Below are positions 37,775 through 46,600 of a stretch of DNA of 64,000 bases, piece after piece. Source of the stretch: an uncultured Rhodobacteraceae bacterium (lineage in GTDB: Bacteria > Pseudomonadota > Alphaproteobacteria > Rhodobacterales > Rhodobacteraceae); assembly GCA_938016515.1 (NCBI GenBank), contig CALILP010000038.1, positions 1,930 through 65,929 of the forward strand, written 5' to 3'. The first letter of the stretch is position 1. Each line of letters begins with the position of its first letter. Both the position numbers and the translations under genes were made by a program. The notes under the pieces were generated by a model. The model searched no databases. It saw only the letters and a program-made list of their open reading frames with translations, and was not told the DNA's origin.

Positions 37775-39394
37775 ATGTTTGATTTGATAAAGATGGCGTG
37801 CGCCCGTTTGCGTGCAATTTGCTTATCCACTTCCGTTGTGTTGGTTGCCAGTTTGGCTGTTGCGCCCACATCCGGCGCAGCACAAGTCACCGCGTTCCGT
37901 CAGGCTGTTGCAGAGACAGCGGCCCGTGACGACGTTTTGGCCGCCTTCTATCGGGCGCGGACGTTTGAAGGTATCTGGACAGGTGACGCCGGCCTTGCGC
38001 GCCGTACCGCCCTGATCAACGCTTTCGCTGATGCACAATACCACGGTCTGCCTGCGGCGCGCTATGACGTGCAAAGCCTGATGTCTCGGCTGTCTAACGC
38101 GCAATCCGCAGCAGAGCTTGGTGCCTTGGAAGTCAAGTTGACAGAACTGTATTTGCAGTATGCCCGCGATATCCAATCAGGTGTACTGCGTCCGAAATCA
38201 GTGGATAGCGGGATCGTCCGCGAGGTCGTCTACACCCCGCAAGAAGACTTGCTGGCTGGGTTGATGTCGCAAAACCCAACTCAATTCTTACGCTCATTGC
38301 CACCCAGCACGCCGGAATATGCGCGGCTTGTCGCGGCAAAGATGCGCTTGATCAATCAACAGGTCGCAGGTGGTTGGGGCCCCGTTGTGAACGCCTCAAA
38401 AATCGAGGCTGGCGCGTCCGGCCCAGAGGTCATTGCCTTGCGCAACCGTCTTACGGCTATGGGTCATATGGAACGGTCCTTGTCTGCAACTTATGACGGC
38501 ACGTTGATCGAAGCTGTAAAAGCTTTCCAGCGCAGTCACGGATTGGCCGAAGACGGCACTGCTGGTCCAAGCACGCTGGCTGAGATCAACACCTCCATTA
38601 CCGAACGGGTTCAGTCGATCATCGTCGCAATGGAGCGCGAGCGGTGGTTCAATCAAGACCGCGGTGATCGCCACATCTGGGTGAACCTGACGGACTTTTC
38701 GGCCAAGATTATCGACCACGGCGACGTGACCTTTCAAACCCGGTCTGTCATCGGTGCTGTTGATCCTGATCGCGTGACGCCAGAGTTTTCTGATGTGATG
38801 GAATACATGGTGATCAACCCAAGCTGGTATGTGCCACGCTCTATTGCGACCAAAGAGTATTTGCCGCAGATGCAGCGAAACCCCGGTGCTGCCAGCCACT
38901 TGCTGATTACAGATCGCAACGGCCGTGCTGTGAACCGTGCCAACATTGATTTTAATCGCTACACTGCCAAGACCTTCCCGTTTGCGATGCGCCAGCCGCC
39001 ATCTAATAGGAACGCCTTGGGCCTTGTGAAGTTCATGTTCCCGAACCAGTACAACATCTATCTTCACGACACCCCTGCAAAAAGCCTGTTTGGTCGCGAG
39101 GTCCGCGCCTACAGCCATGGCTGCATTCGGCTGAACGATCCATTTGATTTTGCGTATGCCTTGCTGGCCAAACAATCGCAGGATCCTATTGGCCTGTTCC
39201 AGTCCCGATTGCGGTCTGGCAATGAATCTTCTGTCCGGCTGGACGAGCCTGTTCCTGTTCACCTCATTTACCGGACCGCGTTCACGACAAACTCTGGCGA
39301 GATCGAGTTTCGGCGTGACATCTACGGTCGTGATAAGCGGATTTGGAATGCCCTTTCCGGCGAAGGGGTGGTTGTTCCGGGTGTTCAGGGGTAA
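37775..39394 (+). CDS. L,D-transpeptidase YcbB/LdtD-like with peptidoglycan-binding domain
   Basis: PG-binding AVKAFQRSHGL; NPSWYVP; KFMFPN; IYLHDTP; SHGCIR. Confidence 0.92.
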   Translation: MFDLIKMACARLRAICLSTSVVLVASLAVAPTSGAAQVTAFRQAVAETAARDDVLAAFYRARTFEGIWTGDAGLARRTALINAFADAQYHGLPAARYDVQSLMSRLSNAQSAAELGALEVKLTELYLQYARDIQSGVLRPKSVDSGIVREVVYTPQEDLLAGLMSQNPTQFLRSLPPSTPEYARLVAAKMRLINQQVAGGWGPVVNASKIEAGASGPEVIALRNRLTAMGHMERSLSATYDGTLIEAVKAFQRSHGLAEDGTAGPSTLAEINTSITERVQSIIVAMERERWFNQDRGDRHIWVNLTDFSAKIIDHGDVTFQTRSVIGAVDPDRVTPEFSDVMEYMVINPSWYVPRSIATKEYLPQMQRNPGAASHLLITDRNGRAVNRANIDFNRYTAKTFPFAMRQPPSNRNALGLVKFMFPNQYNIYLHDTPAKSLFGREVRAYSHGCIRLNDPFDFAYALLAKQSQDPIGLFQSRLRSGNESSVRLDEPVPVHLIYRTAFTTNSGEIEFRRDIYGRDKRIWNALSGEGVVVPGVQG

Positions 39395-39430
39395 ATCTGC
39401 CGTCGACGCCAACCGGGCGGAGGGGCTGAT

Positions 39431-40471
39431 ATGCTGACACTTTCTGAAATCGCAAAAGCGATGGGTGCTGCCGTTCTTGGTGACGGTCAAGTCCGCGTCG
39501 ATGGCTTGGCTGAACCTGCAATGGCGGGTCCGACTGATCTGGCTTTGGCGATGTCGCCTCGGTTTGGGGATGCGTTGCGCGAAGGACGCGCGGTAGCGGC
39601 AGTTGTTTGGGAAGGTGCTGACTGGAATGCGCTTGGCCTAAAGGCTGCAATTGTTGTGCCGCGTCCCAGACTGGCGATGGCGCAGTTGACCCAGATGATG
39701 GGCAGGTCCGACATCTTTACGGGGGTTCACGCAACTGCGGTCATCGATCCCACGGCCACAATCGGCGACGGGGTTGCGATTGGTCCGTTCTGCGTCATTG
39801 GTGCAGACGTGGATATTGGCGCTGATACCCGACTTGCGGCGCATGTAACGGTTGGGCCGCGGTCCCGTATCGGGGCGCATGGCCAGATTGAAGCGGGCGT
39901 TCGGATCGGTCGTGATGTATCGCTTGGGAATCGGGTGATCTTGCAGCCGAATGTTGTGATTGGCGGGGATGGCTTTAGCTTTGTGACCCAGGCGCCCTCT
40001 ATCGCAGAGACGGGTCGCCGGACGTTGGGTAAAACGCCATTTGACCCACTCGAAGACGCAACACAGCATCGGATACATTCGCTTGGCGGTGTCAAAGTGG
40101 GTGATGACGTCGAAGTAGGTGCCAACAGCACGATCGATGCAGGCACCATACGGGCCACATCTGTCGGATCAGGGACCAAGATCGATAACCTTGTGCAGGT
40201 TGGTCACAACGTGGTGCTGGGCCGGGATTGTCTGTTGTGCGCCCAAACCGCCATTGCAGGATCTGCCGCCATTGGAGACCGGACGATCCTTGGCGGCAAG
40301 TCTGGTGTGGCTGATAACATTACCATCGGGAACGATTGTTTGCTGGGTGGTGCGGCTATTGCGCTGTCAGATATCCCGAGGGGCAGTTTTGTGATGGGAT
40401 ACCCCGCAAAGCCAATGCAGACCTACCGGGCCGAGCAACGTGCGCTGCGTGATGCAGCCAAGGGTAAGTAG
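39431..40471 (+). CDS. lpxD: UDP-3-O-acylglucosamine N-acyltransferase
   Basis: Hexapeptide repeats; IGGDGF; GANSTID; KIDNLVQVGHN. Confidence 0.9.
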   Translation: MLTLSEIAKAMGAAVLGDGQVRVDGLAEPAMAGPTDLALAMSPRFGDALREGRAVAAVVWEGADWNALGLKAAIVVPRPRLAMAQLTQMMGRSDIFTGVHATAVIDPTATIGDGVAIGPFCVIGADVDIGADTRLAAHVTVGPRSRIGAHGQIEAGVRIGRDVSLGNRVILQPNVVIGGDGFSFVTQAPSIAETGRRTLGKTPFDPLEDATQHRIHSLGGVKVGDDVEVGANSTIDAGTIRATSVGSGTKIDNLVQVGHNVVLGRDCLLCAQTAIAGSAAIGDRTILGGKSGVADNITIGNDCLLGGAAIALSDIPRGSFVMGYPAKPMQTYRAEQRALRDAAKGK

Positions 40472-40541
40472 CTGACATATTCTTGTGTCAGGCCGCTGCG
40501 ATGATACATACGTCGCAACAGACGGGATGAGGGCTGCCGCC

Positions 40542-40799
40542 GTGTCGATCAAAGATCAGGTCATTGCTATTATTGCCGAACAGGCGCTTATGGCACCAAA
40601 GGATATCAAGCTGACGGATACGCCATCGGATCTGGGGATTGATAGCATGGGGTTGGTTGAAAGCATTTTTGCCATTGAAGAGACCTTTGATGTCACGGTC
40701 CCGTTTAACGCCAATGACCCACAAGACAGCGACTTTGATATCTCATCCGTTGCGGCAATCGTGACTGCGGTTGAGCGTCTTGTGGCCGCCAAGGCCTGA
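40542..40799 (+). CDS. Specialised acyl carrier protein
   Basis: Phosphopantetheine site DLGIDSMGLVE, IEETFD; GTG start with GAGGG RBS. Confidence 0.88.
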   Translation: MSIKDQVIAIIAEQALMAPKDIKLTDTPSDLGIDSMGLVESIFAIEETFDVTVPFNANDPQDSDFDISSVAAIVTAVERLVAAKA

Positions 40800-40802
40800 C
40801 GG

Positions 40803-42011
40803 ATGCGCCGGGTTGTCATCACGGGGGCGGGCACGATCAACCCGATCGGGCGCGACGTCCCGTCGACGCTAAACGCCATGCAGAAAGGTCATTGTGGCAT
40901 CGGACCACTTGACATCCGCGACGCAGATCGCCTGCAAATTCGGATAGGTGGACAAGTGCACGGCTATGATGAAACCGCCCACTTCAACCGCCAACAGACA
41001 GCCCTTTATGACCGTTTCACCCAGTTCACCTTGCTTGCAGCCCGAGAGGCGTTGGGGCAGGCGGGTCTGACCTTCAATGGGGACTTGGCTGACAAATCCG
41101 GCGTAATCCTTGGCACCTCTGGCGGAGGGCTGAACACGCAGGACGAGAATTACCGGGCCGTCTATGAAGACGGCAAAAACCGGGTACATCCTTTCATTGT
41201 GCCTAAGCTGATGAACAACGCGGCGGTGTCTCAGGTCTCGATGGAATGGAACTTGCGGGGACCGTCGTTCACGGTCGCCACGGCCTGCGCGTCTAGCAAT
41301 CACGCGATGGGACAGGCGTTCAACATGGTGCGCTGTGGGATGGCGACTGTGATGATCACCGGTGGTTCGGAAAGCATGCTGTGTTTCGGGGGGATCAAAG
41401 CGTGGGAAGGCCTGCGCGTGATGTCCAAAGACGCTTGCCGCCCGTTTTCAGCAACGCGAAACGGGATGGTACAAGGTGAGGGCGCGGGCGTCTTCGTGTT
41501 CGAGGATATGGCGCACGCAAAGGCACGCGGCGCCGAAATTCTTTGCGAGGTTGTGGGGTTTGCGATGTCGTCTGATGCATCCGATATTGTGATGCCATCC
41601 AAGCAAGGGGCGGCGCGGGCCATCGCGGGGGCCGTGGCTGATGCCAAAGTCCCGATGGAGTCTGTTGGCTATATCAATGCCCATGGGACCGGGACAGCGG
41701 CGAATGACAAAACGGAATGTGCCGCCGTGGCTGATGTATTTGGGGCGCATGCAGATCAATTGATGATCTCGTCCACGAAATCCATGCACGGCCATCTGAT
41801 TGGTGGCACCGGCGCGGTGGAACTACTGGCTTGCATCATGGCGCTGCGCGACGGGGTGATCGCACCGACGATTGGCTATGAAGAACCAGACCCAGAATGC
41901 GCGTTGGATGTGGTGCCCAATGTGGCACGCGACGCCAAAGTCTTGGTCGCTTTGTCGAATGCGTTTGCCTTTGGCGGACTGAATGCGGTCTTGGCCTTGC
42001 GGGCTGTCTGA
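40803..42011 (+). CDS. Beta-ketoacyl-ACP synthase (FabF/NodE-like)
   Basis: Motifs RRVVITG, TACASS, NAHGTGT, KSMHGHLIG, NAFAFGG. Confidence 0.9.
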   Translation: MRRVVITGAGTINPIGRDVPSTLNAMQKGHCGIGPLDIRDADRLQIRIGGQVHGYDETAHFNRQQTALYDRFTQFTLLAAREALGQAGLTFNGDLADKSGVILGTSGGGLNTQDENYRAVYEDGKNRVHPFIVPKLMNNAAVSQVSMEWNLRGPSFTVATACASSNHAMGQAFNMVRCGMATVMITGGSESMLCFGGIKAWEGLRVMSKDACRPFSATRNGMVQGEGAGVFVFEDMAHAKARGAEILCEVVGFAMSSDASDIVMPSKQGAARAIAGAVADAKVPMESVGYINAHGTGTAANDKTECAAVADVFGAHADQLMISSTKSMHGHLIGGTGAVELLACIMALRDGVIAPTIGYEEPDPECALDVVPNVARDAKVLVALSNAFAFGGLNAVLALRAV

Positions 42012-42029
42012 AGTCTTTGGGGCCGCAAA

Positions 42030-42059
42030 TAGGCTGCGCCGGAGACCCAGCGCAGCCTA
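42030..42059. repeat. Long GC-rich hairpin (REP-like or bidirectional terminator) between convergent fabF-like gene and ialB
   Basis: TAGGCTGCGCCGG-AGAC-CCAGCGCAGCCTA. Confidence 0.6.
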
Positions 42060-42071
42060 CAGTCTCGATCT

Positions 42072-42713
42072 TTATTCGGCGTCCGGGATTTCAACCAGAT
42101 TGTCATAGCCCGCCGTAAAGCCCGTCAAAGACACGGTCAAAACGACTTCCTGATCTGGCGCTGCTGCGGGGACCATCCGCAGGGTTGCGGTGTTGCCACG
42201 CTTGAACTGGGCAACCTCGTCGGCGGTAAAGCCGACACGGGCCACACATCCAGCAGTGTTGCAGAACGTGAACGGATACCGGCGGGCTTCGCCACCATCA
42301 ACCGAGACTGTCAGCTGCTGTGTCAGCAATGTCTCTAGCGGAGCCACGATCGTCGCCCCTGCAGCCGCGCGACCAGAGTTTGGCAACGGGAACATGCTGA
42401 TCTCTGCGACGTCATTGCCGTCTGCGTCTTTCAGCAGTTGGTACAATTGGCAGGGGTCGATATCGCCTTCTGCCCCTTTGAGGCAGCGAAACAGCCAGTC
42501 CCCTGACTGACCGCGCACATAAGGCTGTCCGGGTGCCAGATCTTCGATTGTCGCAGGCTCTGCGGTTTCAAGTGGTGTGCCCAGCGACAGGCCATCAGCA
42601 GGATCAGCTTCGGTTGCTGTTTCCGGTGCTGCGTCGTCGTTTGCTGTGTCCTGCGCGATCACGGGGCCTGCCAGCATAAGGGCGAGCAAAAGTGGTGTTG
42701 CGGTCTTGATCAT
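42072..42713 (-). CDS. ialB: Invasion-associated locus B family exported protein
   Basis: Signal peptide; GDW..RC...C.LYQ; PLETLL; FTFCNTAGC; VSLTGFTAG. Confidence 0.85.
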   Translation of the reverse strand: MIKTATPLLLALMLAGPVIAQDTANDDAAPETATEADPADGLSLGTPLETAEPATIEDLAPGQPYVRGQSGDWLFRCLKGAEGDIDPCQLYQLLKDADGNDVAEISMFPLPNSGRAAAGATIVAPLETLLTQQLTVSVDGGEARRYPFTFCNTAGCVARVGFTADEVAQFKRGNTATLRMVPAAAPDQEVVLTVSLTGFTAGYDNLVEIPDAE

Positions 42714-42826
42714 GAATCTGGGTCCATTTGTTTGCTTTTGCGCTGCTGTATCATGGCGAAACATGGGTGTCAGCGGCAAAAAGTACCCCGTTGGCAATGG
42801 CCTGCTGATTGCCAAGATGACGCGCC

Positions 42827-42897
42827 AAAATAAAAGAGGGCCCTTCGTCGAAGGACCCTCTTGTAATGTCTCCCTGTCGGACTTTGCCGACTAATTG
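42827..42897 (-). ncRNA. Putative ~70-nt sRNA B carrying GACAGGGAGA (candidate sponge)
   Basis: Own predicted promoter; 5' hairpin GUCGG-CAAAGU-CCGAC; unpaired AGGGAGAC; terminator stem AAGAGGG...CCCUCUU followed by UUAUUUU. Confidence 0.6.
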
Positions 42898-42902
42898 GCG
42901 CA

Positions 42903-42931
42903 ACGCTACGCAAAGCGCCAAGGCGGGTCAA
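42903..42931 (-). promoter_or_regulatory. Sigma70-type promoter for putative sRNA B
   Basis: Minus strand TTGACC (42931-42926), 17-nt spacer, TAGCGT (42908-42903). Confidence 0.6.
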
Positions 42932-42975
42932 TACGATTTTTAGTGAATGATTCCAGTAATTTTTGACCCTTTAGT

Positions 42976-43060
42976 AAAAAAGCCGTGCCCGAAGGCACGG
43001 CAAGTCTGACAGGGAGGTCATGCATTGCAGGATCTGGGAGGATGACCCGCAATGCATGTC
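42976..43060 (-). ncRNA. Putative ~85-nt sRNA A resembling suhB/MmgR (alpha-r8) or AbcR-type RNAs
   Basis: Hairpin AUGCAUUGCGGGUC-AUCCUCCCA-GAUCCUGCAAUGCAU; then GACCUCCCUGUCAGACUU; terminator GCCGUGCC-UUCG-GGCACGGC-U6. Confidence 0.75.
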
Positions 43061-43124
43061 GAATTGTCTAGCAAACAAAGGTTAAGAATGTATTTTAGCG
43101 CCGGACGTGTAATTTGGGGGCACA

Positions 43125-44669
43125 ATGTCAGACAGTATTTTTATCGGCGGCGGTGGGCCAGACTATGGTGAACCGCAACAGCTTTTGCTGGACAAATCGA
43201 ACCGCCACGGGCTGATCGCAGGGGCCACCGGGACCGGCAAAACCGTAACATTGCAAATCTTGGCAGAAGGCTTTGCTGCTGCAGGTGTGCCGGTCTTCCT
43301 GTCGGATGTGAAAGGTGATTTGTCAGGTCTTGCAAAGTCTGGCAGCGCTGATTTCAAACTGCATGAACCCTTTGTGAGCCGGGCCGAAACCATTGGCCTT
43401 GACCTGCAATACAACAAATTCCCGGTCACTTTCTGGGATTTGTTCGGAACGCAGGGCCATCCGATCCGTGCCACCGTCGCCGAGATGGGGCCATTGCTGT
43501 TGTCGCGCCTGATGGAATTGACCGACGTGCAGGAAGGTGTCCTGAACGTTGCCTTCCGCGTGGCCGATGAAGAGGGCCTGCCGCTGCTGGACCTTGAAGA
43601 CCTCCAAGCTTTGTTGGTTTGGGTCGGCCAGAATGCCAAAGCCTTGTCATTGCAATACGGCAATGTCTCTGGCGCTTCGGTTGGTGCGATTCAACGGCAG
43701 CTGCTGGTGTTGGAGAACCAAGGCGGTGCTGCCTTGTTTGGCGAGCCTGCCTTGGAACTGGCGGACCTAATGCGCACCGATGCTGATGGCCGGGGCCAGA
43801 TCAATATTCTGGCCGCAGATCAGCTGATGGGATCGCCGCGCCTTTATGCAACGTTCCTGCTGTGGCTGTTGTCCGAGCTGTTCGAGGAGATGCCCGAAGT
43901 CGGCAACCCCGACAAGCCCAAGTTGGTGTTCTTCTTTGACGAGGCCCATCTGCTGTTTGATGACGCCCCCAAGGCCTTGGTGGACAAGGTCGAGCAGGTC
44001 GCCCGGCTGATCCGGTCCAAAGGTGTGGGAATCTATTTCATCACCCAGAACCCTGCTGACGTTCCTGACGATGTGCTCTCGCAGTTGGGAAACCGGGTGC
44101 AGCATGCTTTGCGCGCCTTCACTGCAAAGGACCGTAAAGAGCTGAAACTGGCGGCCCAAACATATCGCGACAACCCTGTGTTCGACACTGCCGAGGCTAT
44201 TCAAGAAGTCGGCACCGGCGAGGCTGTGACCTCGATGCTGGACAAGAAGGGCATTCCTTTGATGGTCGAACGGACCTTGATCCGCCCGCCATCATCGCAA
44301 CTTGGCCCGATCTCGGCGGGGGAACGCAAAGACATCATGAATGCCTCTCCGATGTCTGGCAAATACGACACGACCATTGACCGCGAAAGCGCGTCCGAGA
44401 TGTTGGCGAAACGCGCGTCTGCGGCCGCTGAGGAGGCGGCAAAGGCCGAAGCTGAAGAAGAACGACTGGAAGCAGAAGAACGCGAGTTCAAGGCAGCCCG
44501 TCGGTATAGCGGAAGTGGTACCAAGGGCCGATCAACGTCACGCCGTCGGTCCGCGGTGGATAACAGCTGGACAGGCGCCATCGCGACGGTTGTCGCCAAG
44601 GAATTGAAGGGCACGACAGGCAAACGCATTGTGCGCGGAATCCTGGGTGGATTGTTCAAGGGGCGCTGA
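43125..44669 (+). CDS. DUF853 / YjgR HerA-like ATPase
   Basis: Motifs [40 protein letters not shown]. Confidence 0.9.
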   Translation: MSDSIFIGGGGPDYGEPQQLLLDKSNRHGLIAGATGTGKTVTLQILAEGFAAAGVPVFLSDVKGDLSGLAKSGSADFKLHEPFVSRAETIGLDLQYNKFPVTFWDLFGTQGHPIRATVAEMGPLLLSRLMELTDVQEGVLNVAFRVADEEGLPLLDLEDLQALLVWVGQNAKALSLQYGNVSGASVGAIQRQLLVLENQGGAALFGEPALELADLMRTDADGRGQINILAADQLMGSPRLYATFLLWLLSELFEEMPEVGNPDKPKLVFFFDEAHLLFDDAPKALVDKVEQVARLIRSKGVGIYFITQNPADVPDDVLSQLGNRVQHALRAFTAKDRKELKLAAQTYRDNPVFDTAEAIQEVGTGEAVTSMLDKKGIPLMVERTLIRPPSSQLGPISAGERKDIMNASPMSGKYDTTIDRESASEMLAKRASAAAEEAAKAEAEEERLEAEEREFKAARRYSGSGTKGRSTSRRRSAVDNSWTGAIATVVAKELKGTTGKRIVRGILGGLFKGR

Positions 44670-44687
44670 CCGCCCACCCCAATGATG

Positions 44688-44720
44688 CAAAAGGGCCGCG
44701 CAACAGACGCGGCCCTTTTG
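44688..44720. terminator. Bidirectional terminator between the DUF853 gene and ggt
   Basis: CAAAAGGGCCGCG...CGCGGCCCTTTTG. Confidence 0.85.
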
Positions 44721-44722
44721 TT

Positions 44723-46534
44723 TCATTCCCCAATCGCAATGCCTTCGCGACGGGGATCGGCGCCGCCCAGCAGTCCGCCATCAATGTCGATAGCATGCAG
44801 GCCAGAATTGAGGCCGCGGATGTTCACTTCAAATCCCATGTCAGTCAAAGGCCCTTCAAGCGACACAAGGTCGCTGCCTTCTTCGATGTCATAGGTCCCA
44901 AACCGGTTGACCAGATGCGCCATCGACACGGCCTGCTGGATGTCCATGTCCCACGCCATATGTGCCACGATGGCTTGTGCGACGTAACCGATGATCCGGC
45001 TGCCGCCGGGAGATCCGATGACCAGCGTTGGTGCGCCGTCTTCCATCACGATGGTCGGCGACATGGACGACCGTGGCCGCTTTCCCGGTTCGATGCGGTT
45101 CGCAATCGGGACACCGTCGACGTGGGTGCGGAAGGAAAAGTCCGTCAGCTCGTTGTTCAGCAGGAACCCACGCACGAATACCCGGCTACCGAAGCCGTTC
45201 TCAATGGTTGTCGTCATGGACAAGGCGTTGCCGTATTGGTCCACAATGGAGATGTGGGAGGTGGACGGCAGCTCAAGGCTGATATCATCTGCCCAAAGCG
45301 ATGCGTGGTCCCAACCAGGGTTGCCGGGTGCGACCTCTGGCAGGGCGTCTTCCCGGTCCAGCAGCGTCGCGCGGTCAACAAGGTATTGATCGTCCACGAG
45401 GCCTTTGGTTGGCATCGGAACGTAGTCGCTGTCAGCCATGTAGCGGCCCCGGTCCGCAAAAGCGAGGCGGCTGGCGTCGCCGATCAGGCGCCATGCTTCT
45501 GGGTCATCGGGGCTCATAGCGGACAGGTCATAGACGTTGAGCATGCCAAGGATCTGGCCGACTGTCAGCGCACCGGATGACGGTGGGCCCATGCCACACA
45601 CGTCTGCTGATCGAAATGGGACGCAGACGGGCGCGCGTTCGACAACGTCGTAGGCCGCGAGGTCACTGGCGGCAAGGACGCCAGGATTGCCTTCCGCGTT
45701 TTGCACCGCCGAGACGATGTCGGCAGCAACCGGTCCGCTGTAAAAGGCGTCAGCGCCATTGGCTGCTATCATGCGCAGCACGTCAGCGTAATCTTGGTTT
45801 TGAAGGACTGTGCCTGCCGCCAAAGGTGTGCCGTCTGGGATAAAGTAGCTGGCGGTATCGGCAAACCGGCCAAGGCGCTCTGCGTCATTTGCGATAGAGG
45901 TCGCCATCCGGTCGGACACGGTAAAGCCGTCCTCGGCGAGGCTGATGGCCGGATCAAACAGCCTGCCCCAGTTCGCACGGCCCCATTTTCGATGGGCCAC
46001 TTCCATCAGTTTCGGGGTGCCCGGTGTTCCGACAGACAGGCCACCAACAACCGCGTCGAAAAAGCCAAGTGGTTCGCCTGCGTCGTCTTGGAACAAGGTG
46101 GGGGTGACGGCCATCGGTGCGGTTTCGCGGCCATCCAAAGTCGTCAGTTCACCGCTCTTGGCGTCATACCAAACAAGGAACGCGCCGCCGCCAAGGCCGG
46201 AGGATTGCGGTTCAACCAAACCGAGGACAGCTTGAACGGCAACCATTGCATCGGCGGCCGTGCCGCCATCTCGCAGAACGGCTGCACCTGCTTCAACGGC
46301 CAGCGGGTTTGCAGCAGCGACCATCCAGTTTTCAGCCAAGACAGGTTCGCCTGCTTGTTTGGACGCGATAGCAGCTTGTGCAGCATCGGACAGGGCGTCG
46401 AAGGCAGAGACATCACCACCTGCACCTTCAGGGGCAACGCCGTCGGCTGCGTCTTGTGCGGAAAGGGGCGGGGCAAGCAGCGCCAAAATAGACAGCGCGG
46501 ATACAACGGAGCGATACGTCATCACAAACCTCAT
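44723..46534 (-). CDS. ggt: Gamma-glutamyltransferase, exported
   Basis: Motifs EPQSSGLGGG, DGRETAP, STSHISIVD (autocleavage Thr), NNELTDF, RPRSSMSP, GADPRRE; start may be a few codons downstream. Confidence 0.95.
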   Translation of the reverse strand: MRFVMTYRSVVSALSILALLAPPLSAQDAADGVAPEGAGGDVSAFDALSDAAQAAIASKQAGEPVLAENWMVAAANPLAVEAGAAVLRDGGTAADAMVAVQAVLGLVEPQSSGLGGGAFLVWYDAKSGELTTLDGRETAPMAVTPTLFQDDAGEPLGFFDAVVGGLSVGTPGTPKLMEVAHRKWGRANWGRLFDPAISLAEDGFTVSDRMATSIANDAERLGRFADTASYFIPDGTPLAAGTVLQNQDYADVLRMIAANGADAFYSGPVAADIVSAVQNAEGNPGVLAASDLAAYDVVERAPVCVPFRSADVCGMGPPSSGALTVGQILGMLNVYDLSAMSPDDPEAWRLIGDASRLAFADRGRYMADSDYVPMPTKGLVDDQYLVDRATLLDREDALPEVAPGNPGWDHASLWADDISLELPSTSHISIVDQYGNALSMTTTIENGFGSRVFVRGFLLNNELTDFSFRTHVDGVPIANRIEPGKRPRSSMSPTIVMEDGAPTLVIGSPGGSRIIGYVAQAIVAHMAWDMDIQQAVSMAHLVNRFGTYDIEEGSDLVSLEGPLTDMGFEVNIRGLNSGLHAIDIDGGLLGGADPRREGIAIGE

Positions 46535-46600
46535 CTGTTGGAATACGAGGATCGTGACACGTTTTGGTTGAATGACAAGGGCTGCTATGCGCCTTGTGGC

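Noticed and set aside
43125-44669. HerA-type anti-phage defence system
   Set aside because: It is the stand-alone DUF853/YjgR family with no adjacent nuclease, SIR2 or other effector gene
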